Of a stretch of DNA of 64,000 bases, positions 28,691-39,149 are shown one piece after another (the stretch's first letter is position 1; each line of letters starts with the position of its first letter). The DNA comes from an uncultured beta proteobacterium (GTDB taxonomy: Bacteria; Pseudomonadota; Gammaproteobacteria; Burkholderiales; Gallionellaceae). The translations under genes were made by a program, and so were the position numbers. The notes under the pieces were generated by a model. It saw nothing but the letters and a program-made list of their open reading frames with translations, was not told the DNA's origin and ran no database searches. The stretch covers positions 21,146 through 85,145 of the forward strand of contig CAWJHB010000004.1 in NCBI GenBank assembly GCA_963842555.1. Reading direction: 5' to 3'.

Positions 28691-30736
28691 TCAATCCTGT
28701 GTCACCGACATCTCGAATTGCGCGAGCGGAACAGGTTCGCTGAACAGATAGCCCTGAAAGGCGTGGCAGCCATGCTGCTCGAGAAACTGGTATTGCTCCT
28801 CCGTTTCCACGCCTTCGGCGATCACGTCCAGACCCAGTGCATCGGTCATCGCGATGATGGTCTGGACGATCGCCGCATCGTTAAGGTCGCTCACGATATC
28901 GCGCACAAAAGACTGGTCGATCTTGATCTGGTCCAGCGGCAGACGCTTGAGGTATTGCAAAGATGAGTAACCCGTGCCGAAATCATCCAGCGAAAATCTC
29001 AAACCGAGCAATTTCAGCTCGCGCATCTTCGCGATGGTGTCTTCGACATTTTCAAGCACGGTGCTTTCGGTCAGCTCCAGTTTGAGGTGCGAAGGTTTGG
29101 CACCGCTCTTTTGCAATACGCGCTGCACATGGGGCACGAAGTCGGGCTGTCGGAACTGCTTCGCGCTGACATTCACCGCCAGCGTCAGGTCTCGTGTCGA
29201 CGCATCGGTCTGCCACTCCTTGAGTTGCGTGCAGGCGGCCTGGAGCACCCAAAACCCGATCGGCGTGATCAGCCCGGTTTCTTCGGCAATCGAAATGAAC
29301 TGCAGCGGGTCAACCAGGCCGCGCGTGGGATGAATCCAGCGCAGCAATGCCTCTGCGCCCAGCGGACGGCGCAGACTGTCCACCTGGACCTGGTAATGCA
29401 GGAAGAATTGCTGCTTCTCGAGCGCATGGCGAAGATCGGCTTCCAATTCCGCGCGTTCCTCCAACGCTGCCTGCATTTGCGGGTCAAAGAAGCGGATGGT
29501 ATTGCGCCCGGCCGTCTTGGCCTGGTACATCGCAACATCGGATTTCTGGAGCAATTCCTCGGCGACTTCGTGATGGCCCTTGAACAGGCTGATGCCGATG
29601 CTGACCGAACAGAGGAATTCATGATCTTTCAAATCGTAGGGACGGGCCAACTCGCCGCGGATCTTTTCCGCGACCAGTTCGGTTTGGGTCGCTGCTTCGG
29701 CCGCCTCGCCGCTCAGGTCTTCAAGCACCACCACAAATTCATCGCCGCCCAGCCGCGCCATGCTGTCACCCTCGCGCACGCAACACCGCAGGCGGCGTGC
29801 CACCTCGACCAGCAGCTGATCGCCTATGGTATGGCCCTGGGTGTCATTGATGGTCTTGAAGTGATCGATATCCAGAAACAGCAACGCGCCGTGCCATCCG
29901 TTGCGCGCGCTGACAGCCAGCGCCTTGTCCAAACGGTCCAGCAACAGACGGCGATTCGGCAGGTCGGTCAGGTAGTCATAAAAGGCCAGATGCTGGATTT
30001 TTTCTTCTGAAGACTTGCGTTCAGTGATGTCGATGTGCGATCCGACATAATGGGTAATGCCCCCCCCGGCATCCTTGACGGTGCTGATCGAGAGCCATTT
30101 CGGGTAGATACCGCCATTCTTGCGCCGATCCCAGATTTCTCCCTGCCATTTGCCCGTCCGTTTGATGGTATCCCACATGTCGAGGTAGAAATCCTTGTTG
30201 TGGCGGCCGGACCTGAGCAAATGGCGCGGATTCTTTCCGATGGCTTCTTCGGCCGTATAGCCGGTGCTTTCGGTGAACGCCTTGTTGACTCTCAGAATGA
30301 TGCCTTTGGCATCGGTGATGACCAGACTTTCCTGAGATTCGAACGCGGTTGCGGCAACGTGAAGTTCATCCACTGTGCTGAGCACCTGCCGCGAGTAATT
30401 TTGCAGCTTGTTGACGACATAACCGATCACGGCAGATGCGAACAGGAAATTCACGACCGCGATATCACCGGATGAAATGGACAAAAAATGCCGGTATGGT
30501 GGTATGAAAATGTAATGGACCAGGGCCGCGCTGATCACGGATGAAAATATGCCCGGCCCGATTCCGAACAGATAGAAGCAGATGATCATCGCCGGATAGA
30601 ACGTCATGAATGCCAAGCCGGACTCGACCGGCAACGCCCAAAGGCGCAGCACGAGCGCAAGCGCGATTGCCAGTCCAGCAAGGGTAAATCTCAGTGTTGG
30701 AGATAACCGGTCATGGAGCTCATTCAGGTTTAGCAT
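28691..30736 (-). CDS. Membrane-anchored PAS-GGDEF-EAL c-di-GMP turnover protein
   Basis: N-terminal TM region, PAS domain, intact GGDEF (RLGGDEFVV) and EAL (GAEALLRW). Start taken at MLNLNELH. Confidence 0.85.
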   Translation of the reverse strand: MLNLNELHDRLSPTLRFTLAGLAIALALVLRLWALPVESGLAFMTFYPAMIICFYLFGIGPGIFSSVISAALVHYIFIPPYRHFLSISSGDIAVVNFLFASAVIGYVVNKLQNYSRQVLSTVDELHVAATAFESQESLVITDAKGIILRVNKAFTESTGYTAEEAIGKNPRHLLRSGRHNKDFYLDMWDTIKRTGKWQGEIWDRRKNGGIYPKWLSISTVKDAGGGITHYVGSHIDITERKSSEEKIQHLAFYDYLTDLPNRRLLLDRLDKALAVSARNGWHGALLFLDIDHFKTINDTQGHTIGDQLLVEVARRLRCCVREGDSMARLGGDEFVVVLEDLSGEAAEAATQTELVAEKIRGELARPYDLKDHEFLCSVSIGISLFKGHHEVAEELLQKSDVAMYQAKTAGRNTIRFFDPQMQAALEERAELEADLRHALEKQQFFLHYQVQVDSLRRPLGAEALLRWIHPTRGLVDPLQFISIAEETGLITPIGFWVLQAACTQLKEWQTDASTRDLTLAVNVSAKQFRQPDFVPHVQRVLQKSGAKPSHLKLELTESTVLENVEDTIAKMRELKLLGLRFSLDDFGTGYSSLQYLKRLPLDQIKIDQSFVRDIVSDLNDAAIVQTIIAMTDALGLDVIAEGVETEEQYQFLEQHGCHAFQGYLFSEPVPLAQFEMSVTQD

Positions 30737-30927
30737 CGGGATTCTTGGTGGTGCGGTAGCCAATGGCGGCACATTACTGCATTTTTGCGGAATTTGCTTC
30801 CGGCGCTTGGGCATTCACGCCTTGCAATGGCCTGCTCCTGAGGCTGCATCGAAACGAGGCGTTCGCATCTGGTGATCAGCTCGCCGGCGTCGGCCTGCGC
30901 TACCCGCGATGCACACTGTAGCAGATC

Positions 30928-32370
30928 CTAACGTGCCAGCCATTTCAGCAACCATCTCTGCAGGGTTCCGCCATAGGGCGGATACATGAATTTCATCGCA
31001 TTGAACCTGCCCTTGCTCAATATCGACTTGGCCTTGGACATCGTCAGGAATCCCTCGCGGCCGTGGTACTGGCCCATGCCGGACGGGCCGATACCGCCGA
31101 AAGGCAGGTCGTCCACGGCGACCTGGATCACCGCGTCGTTGATGCACATGGTGCCGGAGTGTGTGCCTTTGGTGACAAGGTCTTGCAATGCCCTGTCGTA
31201 AGTGAACAGGTACAGTGCCAGCGGGCGCGGGCGCCGATTCACATAGTCCAGGGCCTGTTCGATGCTGTCGTAGGGGACGACCGGCAGGATCGGACCGAAC
31301 AGTTCCTGCTGCATGATCTTCATCTTGTCTGTCACATTCGCCACCAGGTGCAACGGCATGCGGAACGTTCCGTCGGCTATCGTTTCATCGCATGCCTTTT
31401 CAATCCTTGCGCCCTTGCCGGCGGCATCCTCAAGCAGGTCCTGCAAGCGCTGATGGCTGCGGGCATTCGCGATGCTGGTGTAGTCCGGGTTGCCGTTGAT
31501 GGTTGGAAACATCTTCCGGAACGCGGCCTTGTATAGCTGCATGAAGGGTTCCCGCCTGCCGCGGGGGATCAGGATGTAGTCCGGCGCCACGCAGGTCTGG
31601 CCGGCATTCAGCGACTTGGCGAAGCAGATCCGGTCGACGATGTCTGCCAGCGGAATGTCCGCGGCGATGATGGCCGGCGACTTGCCGCCCAGTTCCAGTG
31701 TGACGGGCGTCAGGTTGTCCGCCGCAGCGCGCATGACCTGTTTGCCGACCGGTATCGAGCCGGTGAACAGGAGATGGTCGAAGGGGAGTCTGGAAAACGC
31801 GGCGCCGATGTCCGCCGCGCCGGTCACCGCAGCGGCCTGGTCTTCATCGAAGTATTTGCGCAGCAATTCCTGCACCAGTGCTGCGGTCGCCGGCGTGAAC
31901 TCCGACATCTTGATCATTACCCGGTTGCCGGCGGCCAGTGCCGCCGCCATCGGGACAATGGCCAGATTCACCGGATAGTTGAATGGCACCATGATGCCGA
32001 CCACGCCCAGCGGCTGGTAAACGACACGCGCACTGGCCGGCAGCAGATCGAGGCTTACACTGCGGCGGCTGGGTTTCATCCAGCGGTGCAGGCGTGTCCG
32101 AGCGTAATCGATGCTGCGGATGCCGGGTATGATCTCGCCGAGCAGCGTCTCATCGACCGAGTGTGCCGTGAAATCGGTGCTGATCGCTTCGGCGATCGCC
32201 TCCGTGTGATCGATCAGCAGCGCCCTGAGCACCGCGAGATTTCGTTTGCGCTCTGCCAGGCCGGGCATGGGCGATCGGGAAAAGGCTGTCTGTTGCCGGG
32301 CAAAGAGGGCTTCCATGCGCGCGATAACGGCGGCCTGGGACGACGCATTTTCGGGGCAGGGCGGATTCAT
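30928..32370 (-). CDS. NAD(P)-dependent aldehyde dehydrogenase (coniferyl-aldehyde DH-like)
   Basis: ELGGKSP and catalytic GQTCVAPDY motifs. Confidence 0.85.
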   Translation of the reverse strand: MNPPCPENASSQAAVIARMEALFARQQTAFSRSPMPGLAERKRNLAVLRALLIDHTEAIAEAISTDFTAHSVDETLLGEIIPGIRSIDYARTRLHRWMKPSRRSVSLDLLPASARVVYQPLGVVGIMVPFNYPVNLAIVPMAAALAAGNRVMIKMSEFTPATAALVQELLRKYFDEDQAAAVTGAADIGAAFSRLPFDHLLFTGSIPVGKQVMRAAADNLTPVTLELGGKSPAIIAADIPLADIVDRICFAKSLNAGQTCVAPDYILIPRGRREPFMQLYKAAFRKMFPTINGNPDYTSIANARSHQRLQDLLEDAAGKGARIEKACDETIADGTFRMPLHLVANVTDKMKIMQQELFGPILPVVPYDSIEQALDYVNRRPRPLALYLFTYDRALQDLVTKGTHSGTMCINDAVIQVAVDDLPFGGIGPSGMGQYHGREGFLTMSKAKSILSKGRFNAMKFMYPPYGGTLQRWLLKWLAR

Positions 32371-32577
32371 GCTTTTCTCCTGCAATTGACCGGTGCAGCT
32401 TTGACGCTGCAAGAAGCAAGCTGAACCGTCCTGGCAATGATGGGAACGGGCTTTATCCTGCGCTCGTTATTGTTATTCATGTTCCGAATTGGGCGCGTTG
32501 CGGCATTGTCTGCGCCGCCATCATGCAGCTGCCGGCAACGAACAGAGCACGACACAATCAGTCATCCGCGATCCGTC

Positions 32578-34704
32578 TCAACGCGAATTCTCGACCTGGC
32601 GAATGCTGTCGATCAATTGATACAGCGCCTGCAGGTCGATCGGCTTGGTCAGGTAAGCGCTGCAGCCGCTGCTTAACGCCCGGTCGATATCTTCCTTGCG
32701 CGCATCGGCACTCAATGCCACAACGGGAATATTCCTGGTTCTGTCGTTTGCCTTCAACAGGGTTGTGGCTGTGATGCCATCGATCCCCGGTAGCTGGATG
32801 TCCATCAGAATGAGGTCGGGAAGTTTTTCCTTTGCGATCGTCAAGCCCTCATCTGCTGTTCCGGCCGTTAGCAGTTCCACCCCGGGACGATTTTTCATCG
32901 CTGCCTGCATCAGTTTGACATTGACGGGATTGTCTTCGACATACAGCACCACAGGTTTCACGTCGCCGTGCGGCACCGGCTGGGCGTTTTTCCCGGCCGC
33001 CAGGGTTGGCTGCCGGGCCATTTCCGCCAAGGGCAATTCGAACCAGAATGTGCTGCCCTGACCCTGCACGCTTTCAACACCCACTGTGCCACGCATTGCT
33101 TCCACCAATTGTTTGGTGATATGCAGACCGATCCCGACTCCCGGAATCGTGCCATGCTTTTGCTCGATGCGCTCGAAGGGCGTGAACAATAATGGCAATT
33201 TGTCGCTGGCGATGCCCAACCCGTGATCGCGCACCTCGATGCGCAGCCGGCCTGCATTTTCAATCCTGCTGCTGACCGTGACCCGCTCATTTTCCCTGTT
33301 ATATTTCACTGCATTGGTGAGCAGGTTGATCAGGGCCTGCCGAACACGCTGGTTGTCGCCTTGTACCATGAGCGAGGTGTCGGTGATCCTGTTTTCAATC
33401 CCGGATTTGTTCTGGCTCGCCATGGCAGCCTTGACTTGCGCCACGCAGCTTGATGTGAGATTGGCAATGTTGAGCGGCTGGATGTTGAGGTGCATGTTGC
33501 CAATGTCTATCTGGGCAAAATCCAGCAAATCGTTGATCAGCTCCAGCAGTTGTTGCCCCGAGGTGACAATATGTTTGATTGATTCCTGTTTGTCCGACGG
33601 ACTGAGTCCTGCGTCCATATCCAGCATCTGGCCGAACCCGAGTATCGCGTTCAGGGGGGTGCGCAACTCATGGCTCATTCTGGAGAGAAAGGACGATTTG
33701 GCCATATTGGCGACCTCTGCGGCTTCCTTGGCCTTTGTCAGGTCGGCGGTGCGTGTTGCCACGAGTTCCTCCAGATTTGCTTGATGCGTGAGAAGCGCAT
33801 GTTCGGCGTTCTTGCGGCTGATCAGCCCGGCCAGAATGTCGGCCACGGACGCGATGAACTGCTCCTTCATGGGCTCGCGCTGAAAATCGACCGGTAGATA
33901 CAGTACCAGCACGCCGAGTATTTCATTGTTTGCAATGAGCGGCGGGCTGTAGTGGCCGTGGTCCTCTATGCCCGGAAAAGTGATCTCGTGGCGTGCATCG
34001 ACGCATTGGGCATACTGCATCTCGCCACTGGCGGCGGCCCGCCCGCAATGGCAAAGGCGCAGCGGCACGCGCGCGCAGAGCGATTGAATCTGGGCAGACA
34101 GCCTGTGGGAGACCAGCAGCTTCAGGTTTTGCCTGCTTTCTTCCATCACAAAGATCCCGCCCTTGGGCAGCATGGCCAGCCAGGATACTGCCAGCAGCCG
34201 GTCTAGGCATTTCGCCAAAGTTTCCTCCAGTGGCCGGGCCGCCATGCTTATCTCCAGCAATTCCCTCAATACGGCCTGTTGCTCCAGGTTCATCCTTGTT
34301 CTGGACTCGATGGCCTTGCGCTCGGTGATGTCGCGACTGGATGCAAAGAAGTAAGTCTGCCCTTCTATATCGATACCCGAGGTGCTGATTTCGACGTTGA
34401 TCAGTTTGCCGTCCTTGCGACGGTGCACGGTTTCGAATCTGGCGCTTTTGCCGATGGAATTGCCGAGTCTCGCAAGCAGCTCCTCCTTCGGGTACTGCGC
34501 ATTCCAATCGGCAATGTTGAGTTTTTTTGCTTCGTCATGCGTATAGCCCAGCATATCGCAGAAGGCGTCATTGACTTCAACTACGTTGCCCTGAATATTC
34601 ATGACATGGATACCATCGCGAATGCTGTTCGCCAATATCTGATAGCGTTTCAACTGTGCTTCAGTGTCTGTCATGATCGGGCGATGTTCGATATGTTCTT
34701 GCAA
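32578..34704 (-). CDS. Hybrid sensor histidine kinase (PAS-GAF-HisKA-HATPase-REC)
   Basis: H-box SHELRTPLNAILG, ATPase G-boxes, C-terminal receiver LILMDIQLPGIDG. Confidence 0.85.
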   Translation of the reverse strand: MQEHIEHRPIMTDTEAQLKRYQILANSIRDGIHVMNIQGNVVEVNDAFCDMLGYTHDEAKKLNIADWNAQYPKEELLARLGNSIGKSARFETVHRRKDGKLINVEISTSGIDIEGQTYFFASSRDITERKAIESRTRMNLEQQAVLRELLEISMAARPLEETLAKCLDRLLAVSWLAMLPKGGIFVMEESRQNLKLLVSHRLSAQIQSLCARVPLRLCHCGRAAASGEMQYAQCVDARHEITFPGIEDHGHYSPPLIANNEILGVLVLYLPVDFQREPMKEQFIASVADILAGLISRKNAEHALLTHQANLEELVATRTADLTKAKEAAEVANMAKSSFLSRMSHELRTPLNAILGFGQMLDMDAGLSPSDKQESIKHIVTSGQQLLELINDLLDFAQIDIGNMHLNIQPLNIANLTSSCVAQVKAAMASQNKSGIENRITDTSLMVQGDNQRVRQALINLLTNAVKYNRENERVTVSSRIENAGRLRIEVRDHGLGIASDKLPLLFTPFERIEQKHGTIPGVGIGLHITKQLVEAMRGTVGVESVQGQGSTFWFELPLAEMARQPTLAAGKNAQPVPHGDVKPVVLYVEDNPVNVKLMQAAMKNRPGVELLTAGTADEGLTIAKEKLPDLILMDIQLPGIDGITATTLLKANDRTRNIPVVALSADARKEDIDRALSSGCSAYLTKPIDLQALYQLIDSIRQVENSR

Positions 34705-34975
34705 AAGTCAAAAACTGAATTGATCCAGGAATTCGGTTTGCCGTTAATGGATATCTCAACCGGCGTCATGCAGGCGTCCATTGCCGTTGAGAATGCCGGA
34801 TCCTGGCACGGGATCGCTGTTCATAAATAGTAATATACCGCTGCAAAGCCGGCACTGGTAGAAAAAAGTGAGCATTGCCGCAAATCAACTGGTCGCCGCC
34901 CGAAGCAATCAACCTGCAGTCAGCACCTCATGTCGCAAAAACGCCGCGTCAGGATCAGGCCGTTAAACCGGCGGC

Positions 34976-36286
34976 TTAAGCGGGCTTGACGGGTACCCCG
35001 TAATATTCCTTTGCCCCGAGCAATTTGGAGATGCGTGCATTGGCCGAATTCAGTCGCTTCAGCAGGATATGCAAAAAGGCCTCGTTGAACTGATAGCGGC
35101 ATTCCAGCGATGCCTTTTCCAGGACATCCAGATCCACCTCAAACAGAATGCAGTCGGTTCCTGCTTCAATGCCGGTCGTGCGCAGATAATCGCTCTCGGG
35201 CAATCGCTTTATCTCGCCAAAACAATCTCCCTTGTGCAGGAAGTCGACCAGATTCCCGTTCCTGAGCACCTTGGCTACCCCATCGGCCAATATGAAGAAC
35301 GTGTTCCCCGTGTCTCCCGCATTCAGGATGGATACGCCCTTCCTGACCTTGTGCCACTTGCTCAGGTGCAGCACTTCCCACAATTCAACATCGCTGAACT
35401 TTTCAAAGAATGGGGCCCGCCGCATCGCATCGAATTTCTCGGCATCGAAAATGACTTCCTGTCCATTGTCATTCAGATTCAGAAAAGACGATAGGTCATC
35501 GGCGAATTCGCTCCATTCCTGATATCGCCGGGATAAATCCCGCTGCATCGCGCGCTGCATGATGCTATCCAGCTTTTCCGGTATGTCCGGACGATGGACC
35601 CCGGTCGGAGTCTGTTCGCTGTTCACGATCTGGTGAAACAACCCGTGCCGGCTGGTCGCCTGGAACGGCGATTTTCCGGTGAGCAGCCTGTACATCGTCA
35701 CGCCGAGCGAATAGATATCGGTCTGATGTGTCAGCTTTTCCCCGGTGATTTGCTCCGGCGACATGTAGGTGGGTGATCCCACCCCGATGACCATGGTGCT
35801 ATCGCCATCCAGGATCATCGCTGCGCCAAAATCGGAAATCTTGATTTCGGCTTTCCCATGTATCAATATGTTGGCGGGTTTGATGTCGCGGTGGATCACG
35901 CCCTGGTCTTGCGCATATTCGAGTGCCTTGCAGCACTTGAACATGATGTCGGCCACCGTTGCGATGGGCAGGAGCCGGTCGGGTTCAGCATATTGTTCGA
36001 GCGACCCTCCATCGACGAACTCCATCACGATGTAACTGAGATCATCGGTTATCACCGCATCAAGCATTTGCACGATATGCGGATGCTGCAGCTTGCCAAC
36101 CAGGGATGCCTCGACCTGCAACAGTTTTTTATGTGCCTTTGCGGTAGCCTTGTCGCGAATCGAGTTCAGTTCTATCAGCTTGAGCGCGACCTGCTGGCCG
36201 TTGAAAGGATCAACGGCAAGCAGCACATTGCTGGTCCCGCCTTCACCCAGCTTCCTGATGATTTTATATTTGCCGATGTTATTCAA
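34976..36286 (-). CDS. Ser/Thr protein kinase fused to a C-terminal cyclic-nucleotide-binding domain
   Basis: TTG start with a GAGGGA RBS. Kinase motifs GEGGTSNV, HRDIKPANILI, DFGAA, SPEQ. cNMP-like FFILADG...GDCFGEI. Confidence 0.8.
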   Translation of the reverse strand: MNNIGKYKIIRKLGEGGTSNVLLAVDPFNGQQVALKLIELNSIRDKATAKAHKKLLQVEASLVGKLQHPHIVQMLDAVITDDLSYIVMEFVDGGSLEQYAEPDRLLPIATVADIMFKCCKALEYAQDQGVIHRDIKPANILIHGKAEIKISDFGAAMILDGDSTMVIGVGSPTYMSPEQITGEKLTHQTDIYSLGVTMYRLLTGKSPFQATSRHGLFHQIVNSEQTPTGVHRPDIPEKLDSIMQRAMQRDLSRRYQEWSEFADDLSSFLNLNDNGQEVIFDAEKFDAMRRAPFFEKFSDVELWEVLHLSKWHKVRKGVSILNAGDTGNTFFILADGVAKVLRNGNLVDFLHKGDCFGEIKRLPESDYLRTTGIEAGTDCILFEVDLDVLEKASLECRYQFNEAFLHILLKRLNSANARISKLLGAKEYYGVPVKPA

Positions 36287-36345
36287 GTTTGCCTTGTCCC
36301 TCGATGATCTTCCGCGTATCCGGAGGTTGCGGAAGCCAGGATCAT

Positions 36346-36837
36346 TTACTCGCCCAATCTGACCATGAACGTGACGCCGATCAGCCTGGTGCTGTAGGAC
36401 GGGGACTTGCCTACATTCAGGTGTTGAAAGCCCACGCGAACGGCATCCCTGCCGCGCTGGTATTCAACGCCGGCACCGTAGGTAAATCCGCTGTTGAATA
36501 CATTGCCGGATGAAAAGGTCGCATCCGCGCCCGCCTTGCCATAGAGATTGATGCCGCTATTGCCCAAAGGCAAAAAGCCGGCCAGGGAGAAATCCCCTTC
36601 TGCGTTCAAGGCGTAGTGACCCGCTCTGCCGATGATGCCGAATTGCTCCTCATAACCGTAGTATTCGTTCGGCCTTGCCGAGATCAGGCCGGTGAACCCG
36701 GCTGAAGTGTTGTTTTCCCCGAAGTCGCTGCTCCTGGCTTCATTCACCGAGAAGCCGGCATAATCTTCCAGCGCGGCTACATTCATAGTCATTCCAGCGC
36801 CACAACAAGCAAGCATTGCCAGGATTGCCTTTTTCAT
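36346..36837 (-). CDS. Small outer-membrane beta-barrel protein
   Basis: Signal peptide. Alternating aromatic/Gly strands. C-terminal strand ending in F-x-V. Confidence 0.6.
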   Translation of the reverse strand: MKKAILAMLACCGAGMTMNVAALEDYAGFSVNEARSSDFGENNTSAGFTGLISARPNEYYGYEEQFGIIGRAGHYALNAEGDFSLAGFLPLGNSGINLYGKAGADATFSSGNVFNSGFTYGAGVEYQRGRDAVRVGFQHLNVGKSPSYSTRLIGVTFMVRLGE

Positions 36838-37002
36838 ATTGACCTTCTTGATAAAAATCGAAATGCCGTGGACAGATTGTGCCAGGCTGAAGCATCGCCG
36901 GGCGCCATTATATCCATGGTCCTGGCAATGGCGCCGGGCTACGTGATTATCGGTGTGTTTATTGCGGTGCTGCGTATTCTACGGGCACAGCCCCTGTAAC
37001 GC

Positions 37003-37674
37003 CTAGAGCACATAAAGCAGGATCGCGACATAATGCGCCGCGCTGCCTGCAAGCACGAACAGGTGCCAGATACCGTGCCCGTGCGCGATGCGGGTGTCGA
37101 TTACATAGAACACGATGCCTATCGTATAGAACAGCCCCCCGGCCACCAGCCAGGCAAATCCGTACGGTCCAAGCGCATGCAGAAGCTGGACCAGCGCCAC
37201 CACAGCCACCCAGCCCATCACGATGTAGATCAGCACCGACAACACCCGGGCGCTGTTCTTCAGCCACAGTTCCTGCAGGCTGCCCAGCACCGCGAAACCC
37301 CATACGACGCCAAACAGCGACCATCCCCAGGGACCGCGCAACGTCACCAGGCAGAACGGGGTGTAACTGCCCGCAATCAGGAAATAGATGCTGTGGTGGT
37401 CCAGTTCGCGCAGGATGTTCTTGGCGCGTCCGCGCATGCTGTGGTAAAGCGTGGAAAAGCTATACAGCAGGATCAGGGTCGCGCCGTAAATCGAGGCGCT
37501 GACGATCTTCCATGGATCGCCCTGCCGCGAGGCAGACACGATGAGCACCACCGAACCTGCGATCGCCAGTATGGCGCCGGCGAGATGCGTGATGGTGTTG
37601 AATTTCTCACCGTGGTACATATCGTTGGCCGTGCGAGCGATGGAAGGATTGGATGATTGCCGGCGATAGGTCAT
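37003..37674 (-). CDS. Hemolysin III / PAQR family membrane protein
   Basis: Seven TM segments. Conserved HLxGA, LYHS, DHxxIYxLIAGSYTP and HxxWH motifs. Confidence 0.85.
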   Translation of the reverse strand: MTYRRQSSNPSIARTANDMYHGEKFNTITHLAGAILAIAGSVVLIVSASRQGDPWKIVSASIYGATLILLYSFSTLYHSMRGRAKNILRELDHHSIYFLIAGSYTPFCLVTLRGPWGWSLFGVVWGFAVLGSLQELWLKNSARVLSVLIYIVMGWVAVVALVQLLHALGPYGFAWLVAGGLFYTIGIVFYVIDTRIAHGHGIWHLFVLAGSAAHYVAILLYVL

Positions 37675-37689
37675 CGCCGGTGCGACAAT

Positions 37690-38418
37690 CTAGATGCCCC
37701 AATAGGCCTGCTGGACAGCCGGATCATCGATCAGGGCCTTGGCTGACCCGTGGTGCACGATACTGCCGGTTTCCATCACATAGGCACGGTCTGCGCCGGA
37801 CAACGCCAGTTGCACATCCTGCTCGACCAGCAGCACGGTCACGCCGTCAAGCCGGATCGCGGCAAGCACCTCCATCAACTGCTCGACCACGACGGGTGCG
37901 AGCCCCAGGCTCATCTCATCGACCATCATCAACACCGGTGCGGCCATCAGCGCGCGCGCCATCGCGCACATCTGCTGCTCGCCGCCCGACATGCTCCCCG
38001 CCAGTTGGCGCCGCCGTTCCGTCAGGCGCGGGAACATGGTGTAAATCCTGTCGAGGTCGCGCGCGACCGCTGCCTTGTCCTTGCGCCGGTAGCTCCCCAT
38101 CAGCAGATTGTCCTGCACGGTCATCCGGTCGAACAGCTGGCGCCCTTCCGGGACCTGCACCAGGCCCAGGCCGAAGGCCTGGTCCGGCGTCATGCCGGCC
38201 AGTTCCCGGCCGTTCATGACGATGCTGCCGGTACAGTGCAGCATACGCGACAGCGCGCGCAGCAGGGTGGTCTTGCCGGCGCCATTGCTGCCGACCAGCG
38301 CCACCATTTCGGCCGGGTAGACTTCCAGCGTCACGTCGTGCAGCACATGCATGCCGCCGTAGCCGGCGCACAGGTTCTCGACTTTCAGCAAGGGGGTGCG
38401 ATCTGCCTGGCCATTCAT
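37690..38418 (-). CDS. livF: Branched-chain amino acid ABC transporter ATP-binding protein
   Basis: Walker A GSNGAGKTT, signature SGGEQQ. Overlaps livG by 4 nt. Confidence 0.85.
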   Translation of the reverse strand: MNGQADRTPLLKVENLCAGYGGMHVLHDVTLEVYPAEMVALVGSNGAGKTTLLRALSRMLHCTGSIVMNGRELAGMTPDQAFGLGLVQVPEGRQLFDRMTVQDNLLMGSYRRKDKAAVARDLDRIYTMFPRLTERRRQLAGSMSGGEQQMCAMARALMAAPVLMMVDEMSLGLAPVVVEQLMEVLAAIRLDGVTVLLVEQDVQLALSGADRAYVMETGSIVHHGSAKALIDDPAVQQAYWGI

Positions 38419-39149
38419 GCGCGTTTCTTTCCGAGATAAGCCTCGATCACGATGGGGTCCGCCAGCACGGCGTCGGGTGTGCCGTCCGCGATCTTTTCTC
38501 CGTGGTGCAGCACCAGCAGGCGGTCGGAGAGGCTTTTGATCGCCTTGATCACGTGTTCGATCACCAGGATACTGATGCCGCGATCGCGCACCTTGCGGAT
38601 CACGTCGATGACCTCGTCGATCTCGACGTGGTTCAGGCCGGCCATGACTTCATCGCAGAGCAGCACCTGCGGTTGCATCGCCAGCGCCTTCGCCAGCTCC
38701 AGGCGCTTCCGGTCCGGGCCGCCGAGTTCATCGGCCCGCTTGTCGATGATCTTGCCCAGGCCCACGAACTCAAGGCATTCGCGCGCCTGTTCGCGCGCCA
38801 CGGCCAATTTTGGCTGGCCGCCGCCGCGCCCGAACAGCGCGCCGACGGCCACGTTATCCAGTACCGACAGGACGGGAAACGGCCGCATGATCTGGAAGGT
38901 GCGGCCTATGCCCAGCCTGGCGCGGCGGAACGCCGGCAGGTGGTTGATGGATGCACCCTGAAAAAATATCTCGCCTGCGCTGAGGTCGTGCGTGCCGCTG
39001 ATCAGGCTGATCAGCGTCGTCTTGCCGGCACCGTTGGGGCCGATCAGCCCGAGTATCTCGCCCGGGGCCAGCGTGAAACTGACATCGTCGACGGCAACCA
39101 GTCCGGCGAAGCGCCGCGTTGCATTGCGAACTTCCAGGAAGGGTGTCAT
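38415..39149 (-). CDS. livG: Branched-chain amino acid ABC transporter ATP-binding protein
   Basis: Walker A GPNGAGKTT. LivG-type N-terminus. Confidence 0.85.
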   Translation of the reverse strand: MTPFLEVRNATRRFAGLVAVDDVSFTLAPGEILGLIGPNGAGKTTLISLISGTHDLSAGEIFFQGASINHLPAFRRARLGIGRTFQIMRPFPVLSVLDNVAVGALFGRGGGQPKLAVAREQARECLEFVGLGKIIDKRADELGGPDRKRLELAKALAMQPQVLLCDEVMAGLNHVEIDEVIDVIRKVRDRGISILVIEHVIKAIKSLSDRLLVLHHGEKIADGTPDAVLADPIVIEAYLGKKRA

